Counted from the stretch's first letter, positions 27,699-39,388 are shown. The stretch: 64,000 bases of DNA from an uncultured Anaerolineaceae bacterium (GCA_964475245.1 CAYYVV010000002.1:39993-103992), one strand, 5' to 3'. Translations and numbers: made by a program. The notes: generated by a model from the letters alone, not told the origin.

Positions 27699-28461
27699 GC
27701 TCGATAACCTCCCGTGCCAGCCCGCGATATGCGCGCGCTGCCTCGGTATTGCTCGCATACGAAGTCACCGGTCTTCCGACCAGCGGGGCTTCGGCCAGCC
27801 GGACGGTCGGCCGGATCATGTTCTCGAAGATGTGATGGTCACTCAGGTCGCGCATCTCCTGGAGCATGTCGCGGCCCAGCACCGTGCGACCGTCGAAGAA
27901 GGTGGCCAGCAGACCGAGAACGCGCAGGCGCGGGTTGAGTCCCTTTGTTCGGATCTGGGTGATGACGTTCATCAGCGCCGTGAAGCCCTTGAGCGCGTAG
28001 TACTGGGTCTGGACCGGGATGATGACGCCGTCGGCGGCGACGAGCGCGTTGAGGGTCAGCAGGCCGAGGGTTGGCGGGCAATCAATCAGCACGTAGTCGT
28101 AGCGCGTCGCCGCGGGCGACTGGAGAACATCGCGCAGCGCCTGCTCACGGCCGATTGCGCTGAAGAGCACGTTCTCCGTTGCGGAGAGATCGATCGTCGA
28201 CGGCGCCACGTCGACACTGGGCGTCTGCGTTGGCACGATGATGTCGTCGAGCGTGACGCTCGAATCGACGAGCGCGTCGGCAATGGAGTGCTCGACGTTG
28301 CGCAGGTTGATGCCCAGGCCCACGGTCAGGTTGGCCTGCGGATCCATGTCAACGCACAGCACGCGATAGCCCTGCTCGGCCAGCGACCCAGCAAGATTGA
28401 TCGCCGTGGTCGTCTTGCCCACGCCACCTTTCTGGTTGGCGATGGCGATGATCCTTGCCAA
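27691..28461 (-). CDS. parA: ParA/Soj chromosome partitioning ATPase
   Basis: Deviant Walker A KGGVGKTTTAINLA, then VDMDPQANLT. I prefer TTG 28461, which has AGGAGG 6 nt upstream and gives 256 aa; the track start is 28494. Confidence 0.92.
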   Translation of the reverse strand: MARIIAIANQKGGVGKTTTAINLAGSLAEQGYRVLCVDMDPQANLTVGLGINLRNVEHSIADALVDSSVTLDDIIVPTQTPSVDVAPSTIDLSATENVLFSAIGREQALRDVLQSPAATRYDYVLIDCPPTLGLLTLNALVAADGVIIPVQTQYYALKGFTALMNVITQIRTKGLNPRLRVLGLLATFFDGRTVLGRDMLQEMRDLSDHHIFENMIRPTVRLAEAPLVGRPVTSYASNTEAARAYRGLAREVIELG

Positions 28462-28550
28462 TGGCCGCCTCCTCGAATAACCGTGAGCGACCACAAGCCC
28501 CCGGTCGCCGCTGCCAATCTAGCAAGAACGGGCGTCGAGCCACAGTCTGG

Positions 28551-28559
28551 TTATCCACA
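28551..28559 (+). promoter_or_regulatory. perfect DnaA-box 9-mer TTATCCACA in the parA / pccB divergent intergenic region
   Basis: Exact match to the consensus TTATCCACA. Degenerate boxes lie nearby: TTGTTCACC (28571..28579) and, on the other strand, CTGTCCACA (28585..28593). Confidence 0.45.
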
Positions 28560-28615
28560 GAAGGTCGAAGTTGTTCACCGATTCTGTGGACAGTCCTGAT
28601 TGCTACGATGGCGCC

Positions 28616-30166
28616 ATGGCCACCGAATCCGAGTTCGACCGTCTCGCCGAGCTGCGCGCCCAATCGATGTTGGGCGGTGGCGAGCAACGAATCGCGCAGC
28701 AGCATGAACGCGGCAAGCTCACCGCGCGCGAACGCCTCGAGCTGTTGCTGGATCCCGATTCGTTCGTCGAGTTCGACGCGTTCGTCACGCATCGCGCATC
28801 GGACTTCGGTCTCGAGCGCGAGCGCTACCTGGGCGATGGCGTCGTCACCGGCCACGGGACGATCGACGGTCGACTCGTGTTCGTGTTCAGCCAGGACTTC
28901 ACGGTCTTCGGCGGCTCGCTGTCCGAGGCGCACGCCGAAAAGATCTGCAAGATCATGGACCTCGCGGTTCGCGTCGGCGCGCCGATCGTCGGGCTCAACG
29001 ATTCGGGTGGTGCGCGCATCCAGGAGGGTGTCGTCTCACTCGGCGGCTATGCCGACATATTCCTGCGCAACACGCTGGCTTCCGGCGTCGTGCCCCAGAT
29101 CTCGCTCGTCCTTGGTCCGTGCGCAGGGGGCGCCGTCTACTCGCCGGCAATCACAGATTTCACGATCATGGTCGAGGGCACGAGCTACATGTTCGTCACC
29201 GGGCCGGACGTGGTGAAGACCGTGACTCACGAGGACGTTGATCGCGAGCGCCTGGGCGGCGCGTCGGTGCACACCACGATCAGCGGCGTCGCGCACCTTG
29301 CCGCGCACGACGAGGCCGAGGCCATGGCGCTGTGCCGTCGAGTACTCGCTCACCTGCCGCAGAACAACCTGAGCAAGCCGGCCCGACGGACATCCAATGA
29401 CCCGGCCGACCGGCGTGACGAGTCGCTCAATGAAGTTATCCCCGCGGAGCCAACGCAGCCGTACGACATGCACGAGGTCATCAGGCACGTTGTCGACGAC
29501 GGCGACTTCCTCGAGATCCAACCCGGCTGGGCAGCGAACATCATCGTCGGGTTTGCGCGCATGGGCGGCCAGAGCGTCGGCATCGTCGCTCACCAGCCGG
29601 CCGTGCTCGCCGGCGCGCTCGACATCGACGCGTCGGACAAGGCGGCGCGCTTCGTTCGAACCTGCGATGCGTTCAACGTCCCGTTGCTGACTTTCGTCGA
29701 CGTGCCGGGTTTCCTGCCCGGTGTCGGCCAGGAGCACGGCGGCATCATCCGCCACGGCGCGAAGCTGCTCTACGCGTACGCTGAGGCGACCGTGCCAAAG
29801 GTGACGGTCATTACGCGCAAGGCGTACGGCGGCGCCTACGACGTGATGAGCAGCAAGCACATCCGCGGCGACGTCAACCTCGCCTGGCCGACCGCGCGGA
29901 TCGCGGTCATGGGTGTGGAGGGTGCAGTCAACATCATCTTCCGCGACGAGCTGGCACACGCCGCTGATGTCGATGCCGAACGAGCGCGTCTGGCACACGA
30001 GTACGAGCAGCGGTTTGCGAACCCGTACATCGCTGCCAGCCGCGGCTATGTCGACGATGTCATCATGCCCTCTGAGACGCGGCCGCGGGTCATCGCCGCC
30101 CTGGAGATGCTCGAGGGCAAGCGTCAGACGAACCTGCCGCGCAAGCACGGCAACATTCCTCTCTGA
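28616..30166 (+). CDS. pccB: acyl-CoA (propionyl-CoA) carboxylase carboxyltransferase beta subunit
   Basis: 516 aa carboxyltransferase with [23 protein letters not shown] and [10 protein letters not shown]. The start was moved to ATG 28616 ([14 protein letters not shown]...). Confidence 0.92.
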   Translation: MATESEFDRLAELRAQSMLGGGEQRIAQQHERGKLTARERLELLLDPDSFVEFDAFVTHRASDFGLERERYLGDGVVTGHGTIDGRLVFVFSQDFTVFGGSLSEAHAEKICKIMDLAVRVGAPIVGLNDSGGARIQEGVVSLGGYADIFLRNTLASGVVPQISLVLGPCAGGAVYSPAITDFTIMVEGTSYMFVTGPDVVKTVTHEDVDRERLGGASVHTTISGVAHLAAHDEAEAMALCRRVLAHLPQNNLSKPARRTSNDPADRRDESLNEVIPAEPTQPYDMHEVIRHVVDDGDFLEIQPGWAANIIVGFARMGGQSVGIVAHQPAVLAGALDIDASDKAARFVRTCDAFNVPLLTFVDVPGFLPGVGQEHGGIIRHGAKLLYAYAEATVPKVTVITRKAYGGAYDVMSSKHIRGDVNLAWPTARIAVMGVEGAVNIIFRDELAHAADVDAERARLAHEYEQRFANPYIAASRGYVDDVIMPSETRPRVIAALEMLEGKRQTNLPRKHGNIPL

Positions 30167-30167
30167 A

Positions 30168-30187
30168 GTGTCTTTGCGCAAAGACAG
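30168..30187. repeat. second copy of the palindrome, at the pccB / biotin carboxylase junction
   Basis: GTGTCTTTGCGCAAAGACAG contains the perfect 18-bp palindrome TGTCTTTGCGCAAAGACA at 30169..30186. It begins 2 nt after the pccB stop. Confidence 0.9.
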
Positions 30188-31766
30188 CCCGCGAGAGGAC
30201 GTCTCGCGAGCTCTGTTCAGTCGAGTCCTGGTCGCCAACCGCGGCGAGATAGCGCTGCGCGTCATCCGCGCCTGCCGCGAGCTGGGCATCGAGTCGGTGG
30301 CGGTCTACTCCGATGCCGATGCCGGCGCGTTGCATGTCCGACTGGCGGACAGGGCCGTGCACATCGGGCCGGCGCCCGCGGTCGACAGCTACCTGCGCAT
30401 CGACCGGATCCTCGATGCCGCCGAGCGGATGGACTGCGACGCGCTCCACCCGGGTTACGGCTTCCTGTCCGAGCAGCCTGATATCGCCGAGGCGTGCGAG
30501 GCGGCCGGGATCACCTTCATCGGCCCGTCGCGCGAAGCCCTGGCCGAGCTGGGCGACAAGCTTGCGGCCCGCAAGCGCGCCGTCGATGCCGGCGTGCCGG
30601 TCGTGCCGGGCATCTTCTGGCCGATCGTCCTTTCGGGCGAGCGCGATGAGGCCGAGCTGCGCGAGCAGGCCGACAGGATTGGCTACCCGGTCCTGATCAA
30701 GGCCGCGGCAGGCGGCGGCGGCCGGGGCATGCGCCGCGTCAACGCGCGAGATGAGCTGATCGAGGCAGTCCATGGAGCCGCGCGCGAGGCCGCCGCCGCC
30801 TTCGGCGACGGATCCGTCTACCTCGAGCGCTACGTCGAAAGCGCGCGCCACGTCGAGGTCCAGCTGCTGGGCGACGGCGAAGGCCGGGTGATTGCCCTGG
30901 GCGAACGAGACTGCTCCATCCAGCGCCGCCATCAGAAGCTCGTCGAGGAGGCGCCGGCGCCCGGGCTCACGACCGAGCAGCGCCGCGAGCTGCATGAGCT
31001 CGGGGTCAGGGTCGTGCGCACGGTCGGGCTGCGCAACGCGGCGACCGCGGAGTTTCTGCTCACGCCTGGCGGTGAGTTCTGGTTCCTCGAGGTCAACGCC
31101 CGCCTGCAGGTCGAACACGGGGTCACGGAGCTGGTGAGCGAGCTCGACATCGTGCACGAACAGATCGCGATTGCCGCCGGGCGGCCGCTGTCGGCGCGCG
31201 CGCTGAGCGCCGCGGCGCGCGCCGCGGAACCCGTCCGGCACGCGATCGAGGTTCGCCTCTCTGCCGAGGATCCCGCCAATTCGTTCGCCCCCGGCCCGGG
31301 CCGGCTGACGCGCTGGCGGCCGCCGTCGGGTCCCGGCGTCAGGGTCGACTCAGGGGTAGAGGAGGGGAGCGACATCCCGGGCGACTACGACTCGATGTTC
31401 GCCAAGCTGATGGTCGTCGCTCCGGATCGGACCGCCGCGCTGAGCCGGATGCGCCGAGCCCTCGACGAGACCGAGATCGCCGGCGTCCAGTCGACACTGC
31501 CTTTCCACCGCTGGATCATTGAGCAGCCCGACTTCACGGACGAGAGCGGCGCCGGCCTGTCGACCGATCTGGTAGCACGGACGTGGGAGCCGGCGCCGTT
31601 GGTGGCCGCGGCCGCGCTGCGCGCGGCCGAGCTGACGGCCCTCGCGGCGCGGACGTCGGCGGCCCTGACGCCGTCCGAGCCGCGCGCCGGGCGAGCGACG
31701 CAACCGAAAGCCGACGACGCCTGGTGGCAGGCCGGCGTCCGCGAGCAGCTGGACGAGCGGCGGTGA
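30168..31766 (+). CDS. biotin carboxylase subunit of acetyl/propionyl-CoA carboxylase, with a ~80-aa C-terminal extension
   Basis: RVLVANRGEIALRVIRACRELGI, IKAAAGGGGRGMRRV and EVNARLQVEHGVTE. The track ORF (from 29913) was trimmed. The start is GTG 30168 or TTG 30174, just after the pccB stop. Confidence 0.9.
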   Translation: MSLRKDSPREDVSRALFSRVLVANRGEIALRVIRACRELGIESVAVYSDADAGALHVRLADRAVHIGPAPAVDSYLRIDRILDAAERMDCDALHPGYGFLSEQPDIAEACEAAGITFIGPSREALAELGDKLAARKRAVDAGVPVVPGIFWPIVLSGERDEAELREQADRIGYPVLIKAAAGGGGRGMRRVNARDELIEAVHGAAREAAAAFGDGSVYLERYVESARHVEVQLLGDGEGRVIALGERDCSIQRRHQKLVEEAPAPGLTTEQRRELHELGVRVVRTVGLRNAATAEFLLTPGGEFWFLEVNARLQVEHGVTELVSELDIVHEQIAIAAGRPLSARALSAAARAAEPVRHAIEVRLSAEDPANSFAPGPGRLTRWRPPSGPGVRVDSGVEEGSDIPGDYDSMFAKLMVVAPDRTAALSRMRRALDETEIAGVQSTLPFHRWIIEQPDFTDESGAGLSTDLVARTWEPAPLVAAAALRAAELTALAARTSAALTPSEPRAGRATQPKADDAWWQAGVREQLDERR

Positions 31767-32245
31767 CCGGCCGAAGGCGCGAGCGGATAAGCGTGCCGGG
31801 AGCACAGCTCGTTGTGCAACCGGCGCCAGACGAGGTCGACGACTTCGCACCGCCGCGGCTGGGTGAGCTCGTCGCCGAGCTGCGACCCACCACGATTGAC
31901 CTGGCAGCCGGCCGGCGACGCTACGAAGTGGTGGTCGAGGGCTGGCGCTTCGAGGTCAGCACGGAGTCGGCCGACCGCGCGGAGCTGCGTGATCGTGCTC
32001 GGCGGGCCGCGTCGGAGCACCACGTCGCCGCGGAGATAACCCTTCGCGCGCAGATCCCCGGCCGTGTCGTGCGTGTCTGGGTCAGCGACGGCGAGCAGGT
32101 TGAGCAGGGCCAACGGTTGCTGGCGATCGAGGCAATGAAGATGGAGAACGAGCTCCGCGCGCCGGTCGCGGGTGTCGTGCGCAATCTGCGCGTTGCGCCC
32201 GGCGCGCGCGTCGATCGCGAGGACGAGCTCCTTACCGTCGGCTAG
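31763..32245 (+). CDS. biotin carboxyl carrier protein (stand-alone biotinyl domain protein, 160 aa)
   Basis: C-terminal biotinyl domain [42 protein letters not shown], with the biotinylated Lys in the AMKM motif. GTGA overlap with the biotin carboxylase stop. Confidence 0.85.
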   Translation: MTGRRRERISVPGAQLVVQPAPDEVDDFAPPRLGELVAELRPTTIDLAAGRRRYEVVVEGWRFEVSTESADRAELRDRARRAASEHHVAAEITLRAQIPGRVVRVWVSDGEQVEQGQRLLAIEAMKMENELRAPVAGVVRNLRVAPGARVDREDELLTVG

Positions 32246-32306
32246 GCCGCGCGTGCCTGCGATGTGTCGCGCATCATCGGTCGACCGTCAAATAGACTCC
32301 GTTGCG

Positions 32307-33913
<1,607 letters not shown>

Positions 33914-33914
<1 letters not shown>

Positions 33915-34405
33915 TGACAACAGAACGTACGTTCGATATGTTCGCGCAGCCGACACGCGTGCATCACGTGGCAGTCGTCGTGCGCGACATGGACGCGGCC
34001 CTGGCCACGTACCGCGATCAGCTGCACCTGCCGCTCGATGTGTTGCTGCCGATCGAGAGTGATGGCGTGCGCATCGCGTTCCTGCCCGTGGGCGAGTCGA
34101 GCATCGAGCTCGTCGAGCCGACCGATGAGTCGACCGGCGTCGCGCGCTTCCTGGCCACGCGCGGGGAGGGCTTCCACCACGTCTGCCTGGAGATCGACGA
34201 TGTCGCCGCCGAGCTCGACCGGCTAGCGGCCGCCGGCATGGAGTTGATCGACAAGCGGCCGCGCCGCGGCGCTGAAGGACCAGTGGCGTTCATCCATCCG
34301 CGCTCGTGCCACGGGGTGCTCGTCGAGCTGATCGAAGCGCCCGGCGGGCCGGCTTGGAAGAGCCTCGGCTACGACTCGGACGGGGGACAATCGCCAGCCA
34401 AGTGA
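33914..34405 (+). CDS. mce: methylmalonyl-CoA epimerase (VOC/glyoxalase fold)
   Basis: VHHVAVVVRDMDAALATY...IELVEPTDESTGVARFLATRGEGFHHVCLEIDD...HPRSCHGVLVELIE. TGATG overlap with the mutase stop. Confidence 0.88.
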
Positions 34406-37005
34406 GCGCGCCAGTGAGCCTGCCTGAGGGCACGGTCACCTTCGTTTTCACCGACATCGAAGGTTCGACGCGCCTTCTGACGGAGTTGCGCGAGGCATAT
34501 CCGGAGCTCCTCGCCAGGCATCACGCCGTCATCCGCCGCGCGCTTGCCAACCATGCCGGCACTGAGGTCAAGACCGAGGGCGACGCGTTCTTCGCCGTCT
34601 TCATCAAGGCGGCCGATGCGCTGGCCTTCGCCGCTGAGGCCCAGCGCGAGCTGCACGCGACCGAATTCCCGACGGGGGCGAAGGTCATGGTGCGCATGGG
34701 CATCCACACGGGTGAGGGCGCACTGTCTGACGCCGACTATGTCGGGCTCGACGTCCACCGCGCAGCGCGCATCGCGGCCGCCGGCCACGGCGGGCAGGTT
34801 CTGGTATCGGATGCCGCGCGCGCGCTCGCGGGCGACTCGATGCCCGCGAGTGCGGCGCTGCGCGACCTGGGCGAGCACAGGCTGAAGGACCTTCCGGCAC
34901 CGGTACACCTCTACCAGCTCGTGCTCGACGGCCTGGACTCCGACTTCCCGCCACTTCGCTCGCTCGGGCGCGGCAACCTGCCCGCGACGCTGACCAGCTT
35001 CGTCGGCCGCAAGCGCGAGATCGCCGACCTGGAGGCGCTGCTCAGTAGCGCGCGCCTGGTGACCTTGACTGGCCCCGGCGGCACGGGCAAGACGAGACTC
35101 TCGATTGAGGTCGCGCGCAAGGCCGAGGACGATTTCCCAGGTGGAGCCTGGTTCATCCCGCTCGAGACGATCACCGACCCCGATCTGGTGCTGCCTGCCA
35201 TCGGCCGCGGGCTGGGCATCAAGGAGGACGCGTCACGGCCGGTGCTCGAGGCGCTGTCCGATGCGCTCAAATCGCGCAGCCTGCTTCTCGTCCTCGACAA
35301 TCTCGAGCAGGTTGTCGCCGCGGCGCCGCAGATCGGCTCGCTCTTGCAGGCGGCGCCGGCGCCGCGCGTGCTGTGCAGCAGCCGGGAGGCATTGCGCGTC
35401 AGTGGCGAACAGGAGTACCCGGTGCCACCGCTCGCGCCCGATCCCGCGGTGGAGCTGTTCGTCGAGCGCGCGCGCCAGGTTCGCCCGGCCTTCGATCCGA
35501 CCAGCGCGGAGCGCCAGAACATCGCGGACATCTGCCGCGCGCTCGACGACCTTCCCCTGGCCATCGAGCTCGCCGCGGCGCGCATGCGCCTCTTCCCGCT
35601 GCCGATGCTGCTTCACCGGCTCAGCGACGCCCTTGGCACGCTCCAATCAGGTGCCCGTGACGCTCCTGAGCGCCAGCGGACGCTGCGCGGCGCGATCGAC
35701 TGGAGCTATGACCTGCTCGACGCTCCTGAGCGAGAGATCTTTGCCCGGCTGGGCATCTTCGTCGGCGGCGCCGAGCTGTCCGCGATAGAGGCGATCGTCG
35801 ATCCAGGCGGAGAGGTCGCCCCGGATGTCCTGGCCATAGTCGCGTCGCTGCTCGACAAGAGCCTTGTGCGTACTGACGACGGGGCCTCTGGCGAGCCGCG
35901 GTTCGTGATGCTCGAGACGATCCGCGCTTACGCAGCGGAAAGACTGGCCGGCACGGCCGCCGAACGAGCGGTCAGGGATAGCCACCTCATCCACTATCGC
36001 GATCTCGCCGAGGCGCTCCAGCACGACTTCGCCACTGCTCGGGCACTCGCCGCGTTCGAACGTGCCGGCGCCGAACATGGCAACTTCCGCGCGGCGATCG
36101 AGTGGTCTCTCAGCAGCGACCAGCTGGAGGCGGGGTTGCGCATCGGCGGCGCACTGTGGCGCTTCTGGCAGCAACGCGGCTGGCTGGGGGAGGGCCGCGC
36201 CCTTCTCGAACGACTCATGGCTGCAGTCACACCGGACACGGAAGCCGACTCACACGCCCGCGCACTGACCGCACTCGGCGGAGTCGTCTACTGGCAGGGC
36301 CTGCCGCAGTTGGCACGCCGGTTCTACGAGCAGGCCCTGCCCCTGTACCGTGTGGCCGGCGACCGGCCCGGCGAGGCCAATGGCCTCTTCGACCTTGCGT
36401 TCACGGTAGCGATAGATGGCGAGGCGGGCGAAGCGCGCCGGCTGCTGGACGAGAGTTCCAGTATCTACCACGAGCTTGGCGACGAGGCGGGTTGGATCGA
36501 GGTGCGCCAGGGCATGTCGGTCACAGCGCTGATGGAGCGCGACCTCATCCGGGCGCGCGACATCGCCCGCGATCTGGTGCCCGATCTGCGCCGCGTTGGT
36601 CGAACGTTCCGGCTGGCCGACACTCTCTTGTTGCTGACAACGATCGAGATCCAGCTCGGCGACGCTCCGGCGGCGCGCGATTGGCTGCTGCAGGCGATCC
36701 CTATCTACCGCGTAATCGGTGATCTGTCAGCCAACATCGGCGTGCTCCAATTCAGCGCCGGGCTGCTGCTTCTCGAGGGGCGCCCGGTTAACGCGGCACG
36801 CCTGACTGGGACCGTGCAGGCGATCCGCGACACGGCTGAGCACCTGCTGACCCCGATCGAGCTGATCGGGCTACCCAACCCTGAGGACGGGGCGCGGGCG
36901 GCGCTTCCAGCGGAAGAGTTCGAGTCCGCGTTCAACGAGGGCCGGGCCATGTCGATCGAGAAGGCGATCGCGTCGCTGACGGAAGAGGGACGCGGCCCCA
37001 ACTAA
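34402..37005 (+). CDS. class III adenylate/guanylate cyclase domain fused to a P-loop (STAND-like) ATPase and TPR-like repeats
   Basis: N-terminal cyclase motifs VTFVFTDIEGSTRL, GDAFFAVF, RMGIHTGE and VHRAARIAAAGHGGQVLVS, then Walker A LTGPGGTGKTRLS, then long helical repeat regions. The start was trimmed to GTG 34402, giving a GTGA overlap with the epimerase stop. Confidence 0.85.
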   Translation: MSAPVSLPEGTVTFVFTDIEGSTRLLTELREAYPELLARHHAVIRRALANHAGTEVKTEGDAFFAVFIKAADALAFAAEAQRELHATEFPTGAKVMVRMGIHTGEGALSDADYVGLDVHRAARIAAAGHGGQVLVSDAARALAGDSMPASAALRDLGEHRLKDLPAPVHLYQLVLDGLDSDFPPLRSLGRGNLPATLTSFVGRKREIADLEALLSSARLVTLTGPGGTGKTRLSIEVARKAEDDFPGGAWFIPLETITDPDLVLPAIGRGLGIKEDASRPVLEALSDALKSRSLLLVLDNLEQVVAAAPQIGSLLQAAPAPRVLCSSREALRVSGEQEYPVPPLAPDPAVELFVERARQVRPAFDPTSAERQNIADICRALDDLPLAIELAAARMRLFPLPMLLHRLSDALGTLQSGARDAPERQRTLRGAIDWSYDLLDAPEREIFARLGIFVGGAELSAIEAIVDPGGEVAPDVLAIVASLLDKSLVRTDDGASGEPRFVMLETIRAYAAERLAGTAAERAVRDSHLIHYRDLAEALQHDFATARALAAFERAGAEHGNFRAAIEWSLSSDQLEAGLRIGGALWRFWQQRGWLGEGRALLERLMAAVTPDTEADSHARALTALGGVVYWQGLPQLARRFYEQALPLYRVAGDRPGEANGLFDLAFTVAIDGEAGEARRLLDESSSIYHELGDEAGWIEVRQGMSVTALMERDLIRARDIARDLVPDLRRVGRTFRLADTLLLLTTIEIQLGDAPAARDWLLQAIPIYRVIGDLSANIGVLQFSAGLLLLEGRPVNAARLTGTVQAIRDTAEHLLTPIELIGLPNPEDGARAALPAEEFESAFNEGRAMSIEKAIASLTEEGRGPN

Positions 37006-37021
37006 CACGGAGGAGGAATCA

Positions 37022-37369
37022 ATGGCCATCATCGCCTTCGCACTTCCGATTCTGCAGGGCAAGACGGAGGAAGCGCGGAGCTTCGGCGCCGATCTCGATG
37101 CCGCCGGCCTGCGCGAGCACTACGAGGAGCTCAACCGGTTGGCCAGGGTTGGCCGCCATTACGAGTGGGTCGAGTCGGTGCCGTCCGGCGACCTGCTCGT
37201 GGTCGTCTTCGAGGCCGACGACCCGTCTGCGGTCGCGCGCGGATTCAGCGGCGGCGACGTATACGACGACTGGTGGCGTCGTCGGGTCCAGCGCATTCAC
37301 GGCTTCGATCCCGGCGCGAGCAGTGCAATTCCCCAGCTTGCGTGGAGTTGGGAGGCGGACGAGTTCTGA
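37022..37369 (+). CDS. hypothetical protein (115 aa)
   Basis: A strong RBS (GGAGGAGG) lies 7 nt upstream of the ATG. The composition is protein-like and a terminator hairpin follows. I recognise no family. Confidence 0.6.
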   Translation: MAIIAFALPILQGKTEEARSFGADLDAAGLREHYEELNRLARVGRHYEWVESVPSGDLLVVVFEADDPSAVARGFSGGDVYDDWWRRRVQRIHGFDPGASSAIPQLAWSWEADEF

Positions 37370-37377
37370 AACGTTGA

Positions 37378-37403
37378 AAGCCTCCCGATCGCTCGGGAGG
37401 CTT
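37378..37403. terminator. bidirectional terminator hairpin between convergent genes
   Basis: AAGCCTCCCGA TCGC TCGGGAGGCTT is a perfect 11-bp stem with a 4-nt loop. It sits between the stops at 37369 (+) and 37430 (-). Confidence 0.7.
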
Positions 37404-37429
37404 CCGGTTTGACGAGCAGCGAAGGTCGG

Positions 37430-38386
37430 TCAGACCTTGTCCCACTCGACCATGAGCAGGCTGTGGTTCTGGGCCGCGTAACGCACGGGCACGTCCATGC
37501 CCTGGAAGAGCTTGTGCGCAACGGCGACGGGGACCATCGCCACTGACGCCGGCAGCTGTTGCGGGGCCTGGCCGGGGATGTTGAGCGTGACCTGGACCTT
37601 GAACTCCTTCTCGTCCCCAACGGTCTTGCCCGTGTCCTCGAGCTGGTCGACATGCGCCTTGGCCTCGAGCCCGTTCTGGCGCAGCCATGCGCGGAGCTGC
37701 TCGACGGTGAAGCTCGCCTGGTCGGGCGTCGAGAACGGCTGGGCGACCTGCATGCCGCCGGTACCAGCCAGCGATGCCTGCACCTGGGCCAGGCTCTCGT
37801 CCATCTGTGAGCCTGTGGCGGCCGGCATGCCCGCGGACCCCTGGGCGGCGGCCGCGGCCATCATCTGTTGGACACCGGCCATCGTGGCAGCCGGCGACGG
37901 CGCGATCGCGCCGGTGTTGTTCCAATCGATGACGATCTTCGAGCGGTCCATCTGGTCGACACGGACTGCGAGTGGCGAGCCGGACGACAGGCGGCCGAGG
38001 AGCATCAGCGGCACGACCTCGCGGTGTGAGGCGGCATATGGGACCTCGCCCGGCAGTTGCACGAGCAGGTTCATCGCGATCTGGGGGTTGTCATTGAAGA
38101 AGACGCCGGTCTGAGTCAGGCCGGTGATCGTGGCCGTACCCGCGATGCCGGTCTGGAGTACCTGGTTGGTGGCGCTTGCGCCGCGGCCGACGATGACGCC
38201 GACGACGATCAGGATTGCGCCGACTATGGCAAAGATGCCGCCCATGAGCAGCATTCCGCCGCCCGCGAAGGGCACGCTTCCGAGCGCAATCGCGACGCCG
38301 ATACCGACGACGAGGAAGATCGCGCCGAGGATGATCAGGTAGGCGCGGGAGTAGCTACCGAACGTTGACCCGCTGAACTGCGACAT
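37430..38386 (-). CDS. membrane protein with two N-terminal Gly-rich TM helices and two similar beta-rich soluble modules
   Basis: 318 aa. The TM region is AYLIILGAIFLVVGIGVAIALGS...MLLMGGIFAIVGAILIVVGVIVG. Two modules of similar pattern (...TG...V.V...) are separated by an Ala/Gln/Met-rich linker. I recognise no family. Confidence 0.6.
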   Translation of the reverse strand: MSQFSGSTFGSYSRAYLIILGAIFLVVGIGVAIALGSVPFAGGGMLLMGGIFAIVGAILIVVGVIVGRGASATNQVLQTGIAGTATITGLTQTGVFFNDNPQIAMNLLVQLPGEVPYAASHREVVPLMLLGRLSSGSPLAVRVDQMDRSKIVIDWNNTGAIAPSPAATMAGVQQMMAAAAAQGSAGMPAATGSQMDESLAQVQASLAGTGGMQVAQPFSTPDQASFTVEQLRAWLRQNGLEAKAHVDQLEDTGKTVGDEKEFKVQVTLNIPGQAPQQLPASVAMVPVAVAHKLFQGMDVPVRYAAQNHSLLMVEWDKV

Positions 38387-38500
38387 CTATCCCTCTGCTG
38401 TGGTCTGACACGGATGGCGAATCGCGTTATGACGTGCGCAGGATAGAGCCGGTTCCGTGGCCGACAACATGGATATTTGCGAGCGCGACCCGCGTGGCGC

Positions 38501-39384
38501 CTAGTTGGGCCGGACGCCGGCCTCGATGAGCAGGTGCGGTATCTGGCTGGGCGCCTCGGCGACCCTGACGCCAGCAGCCTGGAGCGCGTCGACCTTGCTC
38601 TGGGCCGTGCCACGGCCGCCAGAGATGATCGCTCCAGCGTGACCCATGCGCCGTCCGGGAGGTGCGGTTCGGCCGGCAATGAACGAGGCCATCGGGACGT
38701 CGCGCAGGTTCGCCGCGATCCAGTCCGCGGCGCGCTCCTCGGCATCGCCGCCAATCTCGCCGATGAGCACGACCGCGTGCGTGTCCGGGTCGTCGCGGAA
38801 CAGGGTCAGGATGTCGATGAAGTTCGAGCCATTGATCGGGTCGCCGCCGATGCCGACGCACGTCGACTGGCCGATGCCCGCCTCCGTCAGTGCCTCGACG
38901 ACCTCGTAGGTCAGCGTGCCGGAACGCGACACGACGCCGACGTTACCCGGTCGGTGGATGTTGCCCGGGATGATGCCCACCTTCGCCTGGCCAACGCTCG
39001 TTGCACCGGGGCAGTTCGGACCCACGAGGCGCGCGCCGGCCTGGTCGACGACGTGCACGACGCGAAGCATGTCGAGCGCCGGGATGTGCTCGGTGATGCA
39101 GAAGACGGTCTTGATGCCGGCGCCAACCGCTTCGAGAATCGCGTCCGGCGCGCCAGCGGCAGGGACATAGATGACGCTCGTGTTGGCGCCGGTCTGGGCG
39201 ACCGCATCGGCGCACGTGTCGAAGACCGGCACTGGCGTCGCCAGAACGCTTTGGCCGCCCTTGCCGGGCGTCATGCCGCCGACGACGTTCGTGCCGTAGT
39301 CCTGCATCTGCTGCGCGTGGAACATGCCCTCGCGACCGGTGATGCCCTGCACGAGCAGGCGCGTGTCGCGGTTGATAAGGATGC

Positions 39385-39388
<4 letters not shown>
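38501..39388 (-). CDS. sucD: succinyl-CoA ligase (ADP-forming) alpha subunit
   Basis: [28 protein letters not shown]...[10 protein letters not shown] (catalytic His loop). Confidence 0.97.

Noticed and set aside
29036-30289. 417-aa minus-strand ORF, plus 30090..31241 (minus, 383 aa) and 33297..33956 (minus).
   Set aside because: They are antisense to pccB, the biotin carboxylase and the mutase.
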